From Squalus acanthias (Eukaryota), in NCBI GenBank assembly GCA_030390025.1, contig CM059426.1:248001-312000 (forward strand): DNA of 64,000 nucleotides. Direction: 5' to 3'. The notes under the pieces were generated by a model, which had not been told where the DNA came from, made no database searches, and saw nothing but the letters and a program-made list of their open reading frames with translations. Position numbers and translations under genes: made by a program. Below, one piece after another: positions 36,266 to 48,210 of this stretch (position 1 is the first letter of the stretch; every line of letters begins with the position of its first letter).

Positions 36266-37267
36266 GGATTAGCTAGTTTCATTACCGTGATAAAGCAGGG
36301 TAGTTAAAAATTGATTTTCATCACACAGACTGGTGCCAGATTCAGACACTGATTTGCAGAAATTGCTGACTTTATGCTCAAGCAGTCATTATTACTTGTT
36401 GCCGCAATAATAATGTCAAAAAGGCTGTCATAGCTATAACCAAGATGAGCACCCGCTTGATATTCAGACCTCGCCTGAGCAATCTACTGTATGTTCAAAT
36501 ATTTTTGACTGATAATAGTTTAGCAATAAAACAGTTTTAGTATTCCGATTGTCTCCAAATAAAGACAGAACCGCCATTTTGGATTTCAAATGGCTGAGAC
36601 GTCCCATCATGCATTTGGTATAGTACCACAGAAATCATTATTCATATATTTTTTTAAAAAATCATAATTTATATAATTGCTGAAATTTTTTTTTTACTGC
36701 TTGAAAATGGTAGGAATTAGCATTCCAGCGATTCCTTCAGTTAAAATGATCTAAATTAGGCTGCACATGTTTTTGAAACATCAAATGGAATATCCAACAT
36801 TCTGGTTACTTCTTCAAAGAACTCAGTCAGATTAGTGAGGCTGGACCCACATTTCCTAAAGCCATGTTAGGAATCCATAATAACCGCCAAACTCTCCAAG
36901 TGATCATATATCACGTCACGTATAATGCGTTGCAACAGCTTCCCTACTGCTGAGGTCACGGGCCATTAATTTCCAGGGTCTAATTTGTTCCCTCCGGGTC
37001 TACGTGAGCTACTCCCAATCCATGGGGAACCAGCCCGGACCTCAATGTGCTATTGAATATATTGGCCATCGGCACGCATACAACCTCCCCCATTTTCCTG
37101 AGCACTCTGGGATGAATGGCATTGATTCCTGTCGCACAGTCAATCTTAAGCATGTTGATCTTAGCTAAAACCAGTCACTTCTAAAAAAAAACCGTAATTT
37201 TAGCCATGCATCTATTCAGTAATACTGGGACTGCGACGTCACCCTCGGAGGTGAAAGCTGATACAAA

Positions 37268-38120
37268 GGGGGGAATTTTAACCCAAAAAAACGAGTGGGT
37301 CGGGGTCGGGTGGGAGGTTAAAGTGTTAAAAGTCTGAATTCCAACCAGAACCTGCCTCCAAACCACCCACTTCAGGTTTTAGCGGAGGTGGGACGGTGGG
37401 GGCGGGCAGCCAACCCGCTCCCAGGAGGTGGGTCACCCATTTAAATATTATAATGAGGCTGGCGTGCTTCAGATTTAACCACCATTTTAAATTTAACAGT
37501 GGCCGGTCGGGTTTTGCAGGCCTCGTGAAACCCGCCAGCTAATGGAAGGCGTGAACTGCGGGATTCAGGAGGTAAGTGCCTTTACACTTACCTCCTGGAT
37601 CCAGCGTCCCTGCCTACTCCACCCCTCGCGTTCGGAGACGCCCCAACGAGGCCGTTGATTTCATCCCCAACCCCGGCCGCCAATCGCCTTCCTGGCCTCC
37701 CATCCCCCCCCCCCCAACGATGCTCCTCCAGCCCCTCGATGCCATCTGCCTCAGCCCCCATGCTCCTCCGGCCCCCATGCAACAAGCTCCTCCAGCCCCC
37801 CGATAAACTCCTCCAGCCCCCCGATAAACTCCTCTGGCCCCCCGATAAACTCCTCCGGCCCCCCCCTCCCCCGATGAGTCCCCGGCTGCACGCGATCCCT
37901 CCCTCCCTCCTCTCTGCGGCCTAGTGCTGCAGGCCTACCCGGCCACAGCCAACCAGCATCTCCATCTGGCTGGCTGCGGGTGGGAAATGCAGGTTTCAAA
38001 TGCAAATCAGGCCCTGCTGTTAAATTTGGCAGGGCCTGCGAGAAATCCGTTCTCCTGGGTTTCCCCAATCGCTTCCGAGCCCACCTGCTCCCAACCCGCC
38101 AAAGTATTAAAATTCAGGCC
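37268..38120. mobile_element. Harbinger-like MITE family M2, copy 1, with an internal 21-bp tandem repeat (~37780-37865)
   Basis: Termini ggggggaattttaa / ttaaaattcaggcc; TSD aaa / aaa; homologous to 60713-61379. Confidence 0.75.
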
Positions 38121-38254
38121 AAAGTGTCTGTTTAGCCCATCAACTATATCTTTATCTTTGTACCCACCTGCCCTGATTTCTTAAAGGACCAAGTGCTCCT
38201 TGATTTTCTAACATTGCCTAAAGCCTATAAAGGCTATAGTTATCCTCAGCTGTA

Positions 38255-38815
38255 TTTTTTTAAATTTGTTCATGGGATGTAGGCGTCGCTGGCAAGGCCA
38301 GCATTTATTGCCCATCCCTAATTGCCCTTGAGAAGGCAGTGGTGAGCCGCCTTCTTGAACCGCTGCAGTCCGTATGGTGAAGGTACTCCCACAGTGCTGT
38401 TAGGGAGGGAGTTCCAGGATTTTGACCCAACGATGATGAAGGATCGGCGATATATTTCCAAGTCAGGATGGTGTGTGACTTGGAGGGGAACTTGTAGGTG
38501 GTGGTGTTCCCATGCGCCTGCTGCCCTTGTCCTTCTAGGTGGAAGAGGTCGTGGGTTTGGGAGGTGCTGCTGAAGAAGCCTTGGCGAGTTGCTGCAGTGC
38601 AACTTGTAGATGGTAAACACTGCAGCCACGGTATGCCGGTGGTGGAGGGAGTGAATGTTTAAGGTGGTGGATGGGGTGCCAAACAAGCGGGCTGCTTTGT
38701 CCTGGATGGTGTCGAGCTTCTTGAGTGTTGTTGGAGCTGCATTCATCCAGGCAAGTGGAGAGTATTCCATCACACTCCTTACTTGTGCCTTGTAGATGGT
38801 GGAAAGGCTTTGGTA
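38255..38815 (-). mobile_element. LINE family 2, 3' fragment
   Basis: ORF 38318-38773 MEYSPLAWMNAAPTTLKKLDTIQDKAARL...SKSWNSLP open to its stop codon. Confidence 0.9.
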
Positions 38816-39081
38816 TTTTTATACTTGTCCCTACTTTCTTGACAAACAAACCTTTTTTATACTGTTAAATACTTTTTTAGGTTAATTTCTCTATAAATAT
38901 CTTTATACTGCCATTTAGGCTTCACTTTACCATGAGCGATGTTTATTTTTCCTAGCAGTAGGAGTGAGCCTTTGGCTTAGTGGTAGCATTCCTACCTCTG
39001 AGTCTGGATGTTGAAGGGCTCAAGCCCTGCTGCAGACAGCCCTGGTGAGTGAAGACTAGAATATGGTCACTAACTACTGGG

Positions 39082-39752
39082 TCTTCTTCTTAGGCAGTCC
39101 CTCGGAACTGAGGATGACTTGCTTCCACATTAAAAATGAGTTCTCAGGTGACTGATGAGTCCAATGCGGGACCTACAGTCCCTGTCACAGGTGGGGCAGA
39201 TGGCGGTTGAAGGGGCAGGTGGGTGGAACGCTTGGGTTGACATGCGCTCCTTCCACTATTTGCGCTTGGCTTCCACTTGCCCCCAGCGAAGAGACTCGAG
39301 GTGTTCGGCGACTTCCCGGATGCTTCTCCTCCATTTTGTGCGGTCTTGGGCCAGGGATTCCCAGGTGTCGGTGGGGATGTTGCACTTTTTCAAGGTGGTT
39401 TTCAGGGTGTCCTTGAAGCGTTTCCTCTGCCCACCTGGGGCTCTCTTGCCATGTCGGAGCTCCAAGTAGAGCGCTTGTTTTAGGAGTCTCATATCGGGCA
39501 TGCGGACGGTGTGGCCTGTCCATCGGAGCTGATCGAGCGTGGTCAAAGCTTCGATGCTGGGAATGTTGGCCTGAGCGAGAACACTGACGTTGGTGCGCCT
39601 ATCCTGCCAATGGATTTGCAGGATCTTGCGGAGGCAGCGTTGGTGGTACCTCTCCAGTGCTTTGAGGTGCCTGCTGTACATGGTCCATGTCTCTGAGGCA
39701 TACAGCAGGGCGGGTATCACTACTGCTCTGTAGACCATGAGCTTGGTGCCGG
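39082..39752 (-). mobile_element. RTE-clade LINE 3' fragment
   Basis: VYRAVVIPALLYASETW...QRCLRKIL...QLRWTGH...GGQRKRFKDTLK; (aag)n tail. Confidence 0.9.
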
Positions 39753-41034
39753 CATCCAGTGGGGTACTTGCATCTGGACAAAATGACCACTGGCTCTGTG
39801 GTGGTGTTCATGAGTACAGGTGGACTCTCTATTAGTAGCTCATCTGAAAGATTTTGAATTAGGCCAGGCAGAATTTAACTGAATTGGCCAACAAAGTTAG
39901 ACCACTTAGGAGCTGGATGTTGGATCTGCTGTTCGTTCCTCGACAATGCAACTTTTGAGCTGCCAATACTCTTTGATTTACGCTACTTTAAAAACTGTGA
40001 AAATAAGCTCGAGTGAGTATGGCCCCGACCAATACTCGAGTGGCTTTAAGCTAACGTTTTGTAGTGCTCTGGAGAATAAGATACTTTCCGGAATTTACAA
40101 CAAATCTAAAAGGCTGCAATTATTTATTTTCAAAGTGCTGCTGTATTATTGTGTTCAGTTTAATTGGCCCTTTAGGTGAGAACTAGAAAAAAAAGCAAAG
40201 GATCTGTGAAACACGGCGAGTTTTATATAATCGCGGTATTGTTATGAACGAGCAAGAAAACACGTCTAAGGTTCCAAGAGCCATAAAATGTTCTTCAACT
40301 GTCTCTCATGTTCCATGTGAAGGCTGCAGAAATATTTTTAATTTCCTCGTATTATTGTCTATTGGAACAGAATTCTGGCAGCTCCCGTGAATGCGATTGC
40401 AAACATTCAAAAATCCAGTCAAGGTGGCGAGGAAAGGAGAACTAGGGGAACAGCTCAAGCCAAAAAAAAAAAGGTGGTGGTGGGGGGTGGGGGTGGGGGG
40501 AGACTCTCAGATTACCCGACTACATTTTAGACCTCTGTGTGCCATCGCGTCAAGGTTACGACTGAGGAGGCTCAGCCTTGAAGGAGGGTTACTTTTCAGT
40601 GCCGCTGAAAGTAATGCAACCTTCATTTGTTTTGATTGTAACTCCTTTGCGCTTTATGAAGCTTAAGGGAAAGTTCAAAAAAGGCTTTCACTTTGATGGA
40701 GGGAGGAAATCTCAAAATCTTCATGTAAAATGGTAATGTCATCTGTTCATTAGAACATTCCAGAAGGCAGCAGAGTGTCCCCCCGCCACCCCCCCCCCCC
40801 CCACTCCGTGTAACTGTGTCGTAATGAGAAACTGATTCTGCAACTTGGTGCTTTTCAATCCAGTGTGGACATGAGTCAGCTGGAGTGAGTGCCAGGCATC
40901 TGGTCCGCTGACTTGCTGCGGTAAATTTTTTGCAAGTGAAGATTGAAGCGCGCTCCATGTCCACACACTTAAATCTAGTTTGAGTGAAGTGGGGGAGTGG
41001 AGGGTTAGTGAGAGACTCACGTTGATAGAGCATT

Positions 41035-41462
41035 GAGTTCGCACACTCCCTCTGAATCAGAAGGTTGTGTGGTTCTAGTCCCACTCCAGAGACTTTGAGC
41101 ACAAAAAATTTAGGCTGACACTCCCAGTGCAGTACTGAGGGAGTGCTGCGCTGTCGGGAGCGCCGTCTTTCGGATGAGATGTCAAACCGAGGCCCTGTGG
41201 ACGTAAAAGTTCTCATGGCACTACTTCGAAGAAGAGCAGGGAAGCTAGCCCCGGTGTCCTGGCCAATATTTATCCGGCAACCAACATCTGTGGTCATTAT
41301 CACACTGCTGTTTGTGGGACCTTGCTGTGTGCAAATTGCCTGCTGCGTTTCCTACATTACAACAGTGACTACATTTCGAAAGTACTTCATTGACTGCAAA
41401 GTGCTTTGAGACAGCCTGAGGTCGTGAAAGACACTATATAAATGCAAGGAAGTCTTTCTTTT
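41035..41462 (+). mobile_element. Deu-SINE with small internal deletions
   Basis: B box, Deu core and tail present. Confidence 0.88.
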
Positions 41463-42637
41463 CAATGTATATCTGGAGCTGGCATTGCGCTCCACCAGAG
41501 TAATGTTACCTATCTGGTGGGTCTTGCTGGCACTGGTTCAGTTGGACTGCTTTCATATTTGGCACTGTTACGCCATGGATTTGGCAGAGAACTTGCGCTA
41601 TAACCAGCGTGAATTTGCTGCCCAGTTCTTAGTATAACAACAGCATTTGGTAACACAGGATAAGTGACCTGCAGACATTGCTGTAAAATTTCCTTTAGCA
41701 CCAATGAATGTGGTTGGTGGTGTTTGTTATACAACATTTCAAACTCTTCTTATCACAGCAATTGATATTAAAAGGTGAGAAAGAAAAGCAGATTCCACTA
41801 CGAAAAATAGTTTTCTTTATCCATAAGAAGGTAGATATTACAGTAGGGTAGTACAGTAGTGTTATCATGTGATTGCTTAAAGTACTCAGATCAAATTCCT
41901 CTCCACAATTTTAAACAGGCATTAACCAGTTTTAAAATAAACAGATTAAAGTTTCTGTTTAAATAGCAACATGGAAAAGTTCAGAAAGAGACTGGAGTTC
42001 ATCTAACAGGTCCCAACCGCTCACTCCCTCCAAAATCTATCCCTTAGATTTTTCCCCACTTCCCCTACTTGGACAGTCCATTCACACATTTACCGTGCTC
42101 TACATAAACGAGTTAAATCTAAAGGCGTTAAATCTCCATGGAGCTCTCCTGATCGTGTGCAGTAACTTCAGAAAATCCAAGAAAACCCTGGAGAAACGAC
42201 TTCAACCAAAGAGACTGTATCCCTTCCTGTTTCTCAGCTCACGCCTGATTCTAGAGTTTGTGGCAATCTCCAACACATTACTAAAGAACCATAAAGGTTT
42301 ACAGAAGGAGGCTGTCAATCAAAAACTCATTCCACTGCCCCAATCTCCTTCCATAGCTCTGTATTTTCCTCTACTTCAAATATTTATTAATTATTCCCTT
42401 AAAAGATGCATTGGGCTCTGCCTCAACTGCGCCCTGTGACAAAGCATGCTATGCTCCAATGACCCTCAAAGTTATTACCTGATTTCAATTTATCTAGTCG
42501 CTAAAGAATCGTGAATATTCATTTTCTATTTTAGCTCTCCTAACTATTTTCATAACCTCCTGTACCTTGTTTTTACATTTATTTCTGTCCACTAACTTTA
42601 TACATTTGGAACAATCACTGTTTGCCCAAGTTCCTTG

Positions 42638-42850
42638 TGCTGCTTCCATCATTGCCCACATCAGTCTCTTCCCGCGGGTGCCGAATCCTCATGCTGCTTC
42701 CATCATTGCCCACATCAGTCTCTTCCCGCGGGTGCCGAATCCTCATGCTGCTTCCATCATTGCCCACATCAGTCTCTTTCCGCGGGTGCCGAATCCTCAT
42801 GCTGCTTCCATCATTGCCCACATCAGTCTCTTCCCGCGGGTGCCAAACCC
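42638..42850. repeat. 54-bp tandem repeat, ~3.9 near-identical units
   Basis: Unit tgctgcttccatcattgcccacatcagtctcttcccgcgggtgccgaatcctca starts at 42638, 42692, 42746 and 42800. Confidence 0.95.
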
Positions 42851-42997
42851 TTCAAGCTCTCTCTGTAAGGTCTACATCTCACTCTTTCATACGTCATTGA
42901 GCCACAACTTCTGGATGACTTCCCTCCCTTTTTCAGAAATGTTTCCACTGCTCCATTACATCCGCTACCCTGGCACCTGGGAAGCAACACACCATTC

Positions 42998-43310
42998 ATT
43001 ATGAAGGGTTTGGATAGAGTAAATAAGGAGAAACTGTTTCCACTGATAGGAGGATCAGTAACCAGAGGACACAGATTTAACGTGATTAGCAAACGAACCA
43101 GAGGGGAGATGAGGAGAATTTTTTTTTATGTAGTGAGTTGTTGTGATCTGGAATGCACTGCCTGAAAGGGTGGAGGAAGCAGATTCAATAGTAACTTTCA
43201 AAAGGGAATTGGATATATACTTTGAAAGGAAAAATTTGAAGGGCTATGGGGAAAGAGCAGGGGAGTGGGACTAATTGGAGAGCTTTCAAAGAGCTGGCAC
43301 AGGCACAGAA
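42998..43310 (+). mobile_element. CR1 3' fragment
   Basis: atgaagggtttggatagagta...accagaggacacaga...tggaatgcactgcct. Confidence 0.85.
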
Positions 43311-43455
43311 TTAATTAATTTGAATTAAATCCTACTTGCCTGGCTGGCCTTGCAGTATAAGACTTAAGTTAAATCAAAAACTCACTCTGTAAGCACTATA
43401 TTCAGTCACCCTCACATTGGGACAACAATGGTCTACCTGATGACTCAGTCATTTG

Positions 43456-44163
43456 GGGCTGGATTTTGATACTGGGGCGGGTTGGGGTCGTGTCATCCGC
43501 TTTTCGTGTTATCCACCCGACTGCAATTGGATGTGGGAGATTGATGCAATTTTCACCTAATTGGGCAATTGAGTTCCAGCATGTGGGAACCCATGACCCT
43601 ATTAGTGGTTTCAGTCTGAAAGTCGCCTCTGATGATGTCATCATTGTTGCTGCATTGCAGGTCAGAGACTGCCTGGCCTTTGCTGTGAGAGGACCTGGAT
43701 GCAAAATGAGCAGTAGCTCAGAGAGAGAGAGAGAGAGAGAATTTTTTTGCACCACCACTCCCAGATACGGATCCTCCATCCCAGATGCCTGCCAGCCCCA
43801 GTCACTGATAGTCAGCCCAGCCACTGATAGTCAGCCCAGCCACTGATAGTCAGCTATCCAAATGTGCTCCCGCCAGGTTTCACAATCGTGGTTCAGAACA
43901 GGCGTGTTTCACGGAGAACAAGGGTTAAAATCACAAAGGCCTTTCAAAATGGCATTATAGAGCCAATTTAGTGCTTGTTAAGAGCCTTAACAGCCTATCC
44001 CGTCTCTTAGAGGCGGGACGGAGTCGGGACCAGCAGACACGATTTAATGAAAATTGCGTAGAGGCGGGATGGAGGCGGACTTGTGCCCGCCCGCCAGTTT
44101 TTGCAATTTTAACCCCCCACACGCCTCCAAACCCGCCTCCACGGGTCAATGAAAATCCAGCCC
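43456..44163. mobile_element. Harbinger-like MITE family M3, with an internal 19-bp tandem repeat (~43797-43857)
   Basis: Perfect 12-bp TIR gggctggatttt / aaaatccagccc; TSD ttg / ttg. Confidence 0.8.
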
Positions 44164-44850
44164 TTGGTCTCTTAGCCACTCCCTAAATTCAAATTGCAGA
44201 ATCAGTTAACTTAATTAACTTGACACCTAAATTGCTTAATTTGGAAAGCAACTCAATCCTCACACAGCCTCAGTTACTCCAGCACACAAACAACAAAGTC
44301 ATCATCTCCAACTCCTCTTCCAGCCAAAGTCCGTCCCTTTCCTTCTGTCAGAAAAAACTCACCCTGTCAGCATCTCACTCAATCAGCCTTCCATAGAGAG
44401 AGCGGAATTTGATACGAGTGTGTTAAACATTCGTCATTACTTACAGTAATTTCTACTCGTATAAATTTATAACAGGTTTTCCAATATACCATAATATTAT
44501 TATGACATCGTGTTCTCGACAAATATATATATTAATGACAGTTATGGGACTTGTACAATGTATGGATCTCATTAAAAGTAGGGTTGAAAAGTACACAATC
44601 TACACTTTCAAACACATGAATAAAAATTCAAATCGCAGTGGACTCAATGGGCTTAGTTTTATGTTGTGTTTGGCATGGAAATGTAGTTGATCCGCACAGG
44701 CATGCTGCTATTTAAAAAGAAAAAGAGGGACAAACACATCCAAACACTGAAATGGGACAAGTTTAAAGACTCAATGAAAAACTGGAAATGACAAAATGCA
44801 AACAGTTTGAATTTTCAGTTCAGATCAGTGTTAGTCCTCAATGACATAAC

Positions 44851-45594
44851 GGGCCAGAAATTGATCCCGGGACGCGAGAGTACGCACTGCGTACTCTCGC
44901 GTATTCTCTCTCCAATTGCCGGTTTTCTGCATGCCCTGCGCATGCGCTGAAAACCGGCAATTGCTCTTTTGAAAAGGGGGCGGTTCCTCGCTGCATCGCG
45001 TGCGCGCTACAGGCTGCGCGCACGCTGTGCACTTCATGCTTTGGACGCGCAGGTAAGTACGGAAGATTTTAGAAATGGAAAAAGGAGGAGTAAGACCCGC
45101 TTTTAAGAAGGTAAGTAGTGAATTAAGTATTTTTTTGAATTTTTTTTAACAGGTATATCTTTTTTAGAGACTTTAAAGACAGGTAAGTTTATTTTTATAA
45201 CTTTTTAGAAGATTTTAAATTTTTTCAAAAATTTAATTTTTTATTTAAAATGGTTAATTTAATTAACTATACTTATTTTATTAATGTGATGGTTTTTTTT
45301 TAAAATTTAATTGAGGTTTAGCTGTTATTTTGGGGGGGTGTAAGATTCATAGATTTCACAGCACGTATGTGAAACTTATGAATGGAAGATGGTGTGCTGT
45401 CATTGGCTCTAACTGAGTCACGTGATCCCACAGCTCGCACGAATTCACTACGCCGCTGGGATACGCAAGCCCAGCACAGCTGATGTCTGGAACATCAAGT
45501 TCGTGCGAGCTGGATCTGAAAAAGCACAAGCGAGGTGAGAGATCGCGGGGAAGCCTTACCCCCGCGGGAACAGAGCGAGATCAATTTCTGGGCC
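44851..45594. mobile_element. Harbinger-like MITE family M1, copy 2
   Basis: TIR gggccagaaattgatc / gatcaatttctgggcc; TSD aac / aac. Confidence 0.88.
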
Positions 45595-45834
45595 AACATT
45601 TTATGAAATGCATATATGCAACGTTCCCAAATTAATATAAAGAGGTGCCTCGGCTTCTACCGAGCAGCATGGTCTCATCCTTTGTGAAATAATATATAAT
45701 AGCAGTGCAGTATTTCAGAATGAATACAAAGAGGTTCTTCAGCTGGGTAAATGAACAATGTGTATGAGAGTTCCTGCTGATGACTGATGAGAAATACACT
45801 GCCCTGTATGGAATTGAGCCATATAGAACAGGAA

Positions 45835-46516
45835 GGTCTCCTCTACACTGGGGAGAGCAAACACAGATTGGGTGATTGCTTTGCTGAACATCTCCATTCA
45901 GTCCCCAAGCATAACTCTGAGCTTCAGGTCGCTTGCCATTTTAATTCTCTGTCCCATTCCCACTCCCATTCCCACTCCAGCCTCTCTGTCCTTGGCCTCG
46001 TACACTGTTCTAATGAAGCTCAACGGAAGCTCAAGGAACAGCACCTCAAACTTCGATTAGGCACTTTACAACCTTCCTGACTCAACATTGAGTTCTGCAG
46101 TTTCAGATCACAGCCACTGCTCTCATTTCTTCAGACAGCAGGTGCTGGTAATGATTCTATTGTTGTCATTTGCACCTCCGCTAGACCCGTCTTTTATTTC
46201 TTTACTTGTCCCAGCACCACCCCCTTTTGCCTTGCACCATCATCCCTTTTGTCATTTAATCTCTCCTACCTTCCACCCTATCACAGACCTTCCCTTTTGT
46301 TCTTTCCTCCCCTCTCCCCCCTCCTTTCCCTGTCTCTGCACTTGCTTAAAAACCGTCACGTCTCTAACTTTTTCCAGTTCTGACGAAAGGTCAACGAGCT
46401 GAAACGTTAACTCTGTTTCTCTCTCTCCACAAACGCCGCCTGACCTGCTGAGTATTTCCAGCATTTTCTGTTTTTATTTCAGATTTCCAGCATCCGCAGT
46501 ATTTTGCTTTTGTATT
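45835..46516 (+). mobile_element. Penelope-like family A, 5'-truncated (GIY-YIG fragment plus pseudo-LTR)
   Basis: LLYTGESKHRLGDCFAEH...VACHFN...RKLKEQHL...LQP; pseudo-LTR with hammerhead motif and 3' extension. Confidence 0.88.
46376..46412 (+). ncRNA. Minimal hammerhead motif with one stem II mismatch
   Basis: AGUU CUGACGA A AGGUC-aac-GAGCU GAAA CG UU AACU. Confidence 0.65.
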
Positions 46517-46777
46517 AGTGCTCACTGAGTTTTAGTCATTGGCTAAAAGACATGACAATCAGAGTAGTGTACCCTCCGCCTGAGCAAGCAGTCCCAATCA
46601 CTTTTACCCTTCCTGTTCCCATATCCTCTTCTGATCCCCAACATTACTCTGGCTGAGATCCGCTAACAGTACAGATGAGGAATCACATGAGAATCATCTT
46701 ATTCCATATGGCTTAGTTCAAGCCAGGGAATTTCCTGTTCTACATACCTCAGCATTAAACCTGGGACCTTCCTGTGC

Positions 46778-47062
46778 TACAAAAACAAAATACTGCGGAT
46801 GCTGGAAATCTGAAATAAAAGCAGAAAATGCTGGAAATACTCAGCAGGTCAGGCAGCGTCTGTGGAGAGAGAGAAACAGAGTTAACGTTTCAGCTCGATG
46901 ACCTTATGTCAGAACTGGAAGAAGTTAGAGACGTGACAGTTTTTAAGCAAGTGCGGAGACAGGGAAAGGGGTGGGGGAGAGGGGAGGAAAGAACAAAAGG
47001 GCAGGTCTGTGATAGGATGGAAGGCAGGAGTGATTAAATGACAAAAGGGATGATGGCGTGAG
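46778..47062 (-). mobile_element. Penelope family A pseudo-LTR fragment with mutated hammerhead core (CUGACAU)
   Basis: Reverse complement of 46235-46514. Confidence 0.88.
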
Positions 47063-47394
47063 GCACCTCTGATTGGTGAGCTGATACAAAGATGGAAACA
47101 AAGCTCTGATTGAAGCTCAATCCTAAAACAGAAACAAAAGATCCTCTTTTTCTTGTTATTTTCTGTTTCAATTAGAATCTGAGAACAATATTTTCCAACA
47201 GAGGAAGTTTGCCAGTGAAAACGAAGAGGCTGAGTGCAGGCTTACTCCTAATGTAAAGAGGGAGGGCTGAAACCAGCTGTTTTGACAGCCACCTCTATAT
47301 GTCTTTTCCTCCTCCAGTGATGGAGGATCACAATTATTGACTATTTGCTCGAAAAGGTGGATTATAAGAATCGTACTCCTGCATGGAATTGCAC

Positions 47395-47860
47395 ACTTGA
47401 CTCAGTTGGTAGCCCTCTCGCCTCTGAGTCAGAAGTGCCATGTGTTCAAGCCCCACTCCAGAGACTCGAGCACATCATGTAGGCTGGCACTCCAGTGCAG
47501 TCCTGGGGAGTGCGGCACTGTCGGAGGTACTGTCTTTTAAATGAGACGTTAAACCAAGGCCCCATCTGCCTTTTCAGGTGGAAGTAAAAGATACCACGCC
47601 ACTATTTCGAAGAAGAGCAGGGGAGTTCTTCCCTGGTGTCCTGGCCAATATTTATCCCTCAGCCAACATCACTAAAACAGATTATCTGCTCATTTATCCC
47701 ATTGCTGTTTGTGGGACCTTGCTGTGCACAAATTAGTTTCCACATGTCCCTATACTACAACAGTGACTACAATTCAAAAGTACTACATTGGCTGTGAAGC
47801 GTTTTGGGATATTCTGAGGATATGAAAGACACTGGATGAATATAAGTTATTCCTTTCTTT
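47395..47860 (+). mobile_element. Full-length Deu-SINE
   Basis: A and B boxes, Deu core, tail. Confidence 0.88.
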
Positions 47861-47999
47861 CTACTTTAGAGCGGAGAGGATTTAAGGGAAAAAACGATTC
47901 TATCAGAAGCAAAAACCTATAGAATTAGCCATACATCAGCAGTGACTGTGAGCTCTAAGTCTTGCTTCAGTCATTATTGGTACCAGTGGCCCTTGTACG

Positions 48000-48210
48000 T
48001 TCTGGACCTTGCAGTCTTTTGAGAGAATCAGGGAAGGCCATTGTAGCAGATAATATGAATGGATTTAGGGCACAATGAGATATATTTCTGAAGAGAGATG
48101 GCATGGAGGGAAATGGTTAGAAGGCAGATAAATAGAGTTGAGATTTGTCAAAAATGGAGTGGCTTTTTGCTCTTAAATGGCTTTTCCTGTTTCTAAATGT
48201 TCTTATGTTC
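48000..48210 (+). mobile_element. Old CR1 3' stub
   Basis: Decayed C-terminus ending cctgtttctaaatgttcttatgttctta. Confidence 0.55.

Noticed and set aside
40623-41303. 226-aa ORF
   Set aside because: A chance frame joining antisense SINE sequence, unique DNA and a homopolymer tract.
42638-42850. CRISPR-like array
   Set aside because: Contiguous near-identical units without unique spacers, no cas genes, eukaryotic context.
46879-46915. Functional hammerhead in the 46778-47062 copy
   Set aside because: The core reads CUGACAU instead of CUGANGA.
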